64,000 bases of DNA, from contig CAVRXJ010000024.1 of the NCBI GenBank assembly GCA_963725095.1, positions 149,837-213,836 of the forward strand, written 5' to 3'. The notes beneath the pieces were generated by a model, which worked only from the letters and a program-made list of their open reading frames with translations, did no database searches and was not told where the DNA came from. The first letter of the stretch is position 1, and each line of letters opens with the position of its first letter. The position numbers and the translations under genes were made by a program. Below, piece after piece: positions 63,047-64,000 of the stretch. The DNA comes from an uncultured Acidobacteriota bacterium (lineage in GTDB: Bacteria > Acidobacteriota > Thermoanaerobaculia > UBA5066 > Gp7-AA6).

Positions 63047-63697
63047 TCACCGTGGGACCTCCGCCGCGGGCGGCCGCTCTCCGGCCGCATAGGGATAGCA
63101 GCCGAGCACCAGGCGGTACGGGAGACCCGGCGCCGGTCGGCCGCTCGGGAGCTCGTGCACCGAACTGTGCCTGGCGATCACGTCCACGACCGCCTGGCGA
63201 AGGGCCCGGGCGAAATCGGCGCGCTGCTCCGGGCTCTCGAACCGAAACTGCGACTTCAAGGACAGGGTCGAGAGCCTCTTTCCCTGCTCCCCCGCCTCCT
63301 TCCAGGCGCGGGCGACGTCGGACTGCACCTGCGACGTCAGCGCGAGCAGATAGGCCGCGCTGGCCGTGTCCTCGATGTCCCGCCAGTCCGCCTCGAGCGC
63401 GCCGAGCACCTCGGGCACCAGAAGGAAGCTTCGGGCCGTGGCGACGTAGCGCTGCTCGACCATGTTGCGCTTGCGCTGTCGGCCGGCCCGCCGCAGGAAT
63501 CCGCGATCCGCGAGCTTTCGGACGTGATAGTTGACCCGCTGCCGGGGAAGCCGCAGGCGACCGGCGATCTCCGTGGCCGAGGCCGGCTCCTGCGCGAGCT
63601 TCAGGATCCGCATCCGCAGCGGGTGCAGGAGCGCCTGTGCGCGACGGCCGTCGCTGACGCACTCGAGGTCGATGAGCCTCTCCGCAGGGGCTTCCAT
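63047..63697 (-). CDS. ArsR/SmtB-like winged-helix transcriptional regulator with C-terminal extension
   Basis: MEAPAERLIDLECVSDGRRAQALLHPLRMRILKLAQEPASATEIAGRLRLPRQRVNYHVRKLADRGFLRRAG (HTH of the ArsR/metalloregulator type) plus a roughly 130-aa C-terminal domain. Confidence 0.75.
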   Translation of the reverse strand: MEAPAERLIDLECVSDGRRAQALLHPLRMRILKLAQEPASATEIAGRLRLPRQRVNYHVRKLADRGFLRRAGRQRKRNMVEQRYVATARSFLLVPEVLGALEADWRDIEDTASAAYLLALTSQVQSDVARAWKEAGEQGKRLSTLSLKSQFRFESPEQRADFARALRQAVVDVIARHSSVHELPSGRPAPGLPYRLVLGCYPYAAGERPPAAEVPR

Positions 63698-63707
63698 AGG
63701 ACAATTA

Positions 63708-63742
63708 TTATTGTCTTGACTGATATATTTGTCAATATGACG
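63708..63742 (-). promoter_or_regulatory. AT-rich sigma70-type promoter TTGACA-17-AATAAT that would give a (nearly) leaderless mRNA for the ArsR-like regulator; overlaps inverted repeat TTGAC-N10-GTCAA
   Basis: Minus strand reads TTGACAaatatatcagtcaagacAATAATaattgtcctATG; the -10 ends 9 nt before the start codon and no RBS is present; 63701-63745 is below 30% GC in an otherwise roughly 70% GC window. Confidence 0.55.
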
Positions 63743-64000
63743 GATGCGTGAATCCCTTCTCCCTTGGACGCAATAGTTTGCCTCTGGGGGATGGTTTCGT
63801 TGCCTGAACGTAGAATCCGGCGGAGGAGTGTTCGCTTGTCTCTGATCTCGCTGGCCTGTTGACGATGGCAAGGCTCGGCCTCTTCGGCGGAGTTTCGTCT
63901 CGGGAAGGGCGCCGAGCCGGTCGCCGGCCCCAGGCCGACGAACACAAGAAGAAGGCCCCACCGTTTTCCGTCATCGTCCAGGACGCGCGGGATCTGGTTT

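Overview
This is a high-GC chromosomal window, Acidobacteria-like in gene content (carboxypeptidase-regulatory-domain TonB receptors, DUF4097, many secreted peptidases). About half of the genes carry one or more apparent frameshifts, while long neighbours such as the M2 peptidase, kdpA/kdpB, Kup and the D-aminoacylase are intact. An error-prone (long-read or metagenomic) assembly explains this more economically than mass pseudogenisation.

Content from left to right: a citrate synthase 3' fragment; a shattered TonB-dependent receptor; a PaaI thioesterase; an ECF sigma / zinc-finger anti-sigma / DUF4097 operon; an M2 peptidyl-dipeptidase; a translationally coupled ahcY-mtaD pair; an RNase II/R-family exoribonuclease; a PGM1-like ATP-grasp ligase with a CDF transporter; and a DUF885 protein.

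Next comes a complete but unusually organised kdp locus. KdpD is split into a separate C-terminal histidine-kinase half and an N-terminal KdpD_N-Usp half that flank kdpE and kdpFABC. The kdpE-kdpF gap holds two diverged copies of a module made of phased CTTYC pentamers followed by a small 2-TM protein, then a beta-barrel porin and an extra 27-aa peptide ahead of kdpF. A Kup transporter lies convergently downstream.

The right half, about 29.8 to 57.3 kb, is an island enriched for peptide and D-amino-acid catabolism: OPT transporter; TBDR / beta-lactamase-fold hydrolase / D-aminoacylase; GNAT / M20 / RpiR / NSAR-like enolase; S9 peptidase; M55 DppA / M4 protealysin-like protease / emfourin-like inhibitor; DAACS symporter; PLP dehydratases.

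The window ends with lipid-related genes (PlsB-like acyltransferase, Delta9 desaturase), small membrane proteins, a GNAT, a methyltransferase and an ArsR-like regulator. That regulator sits behind a textbook AT-rich TTGACA-17-AATAAT promoter that would give a nearly leaderless transcript. No rRNA, tRNA, CRISPR or obvious mobile element was found.
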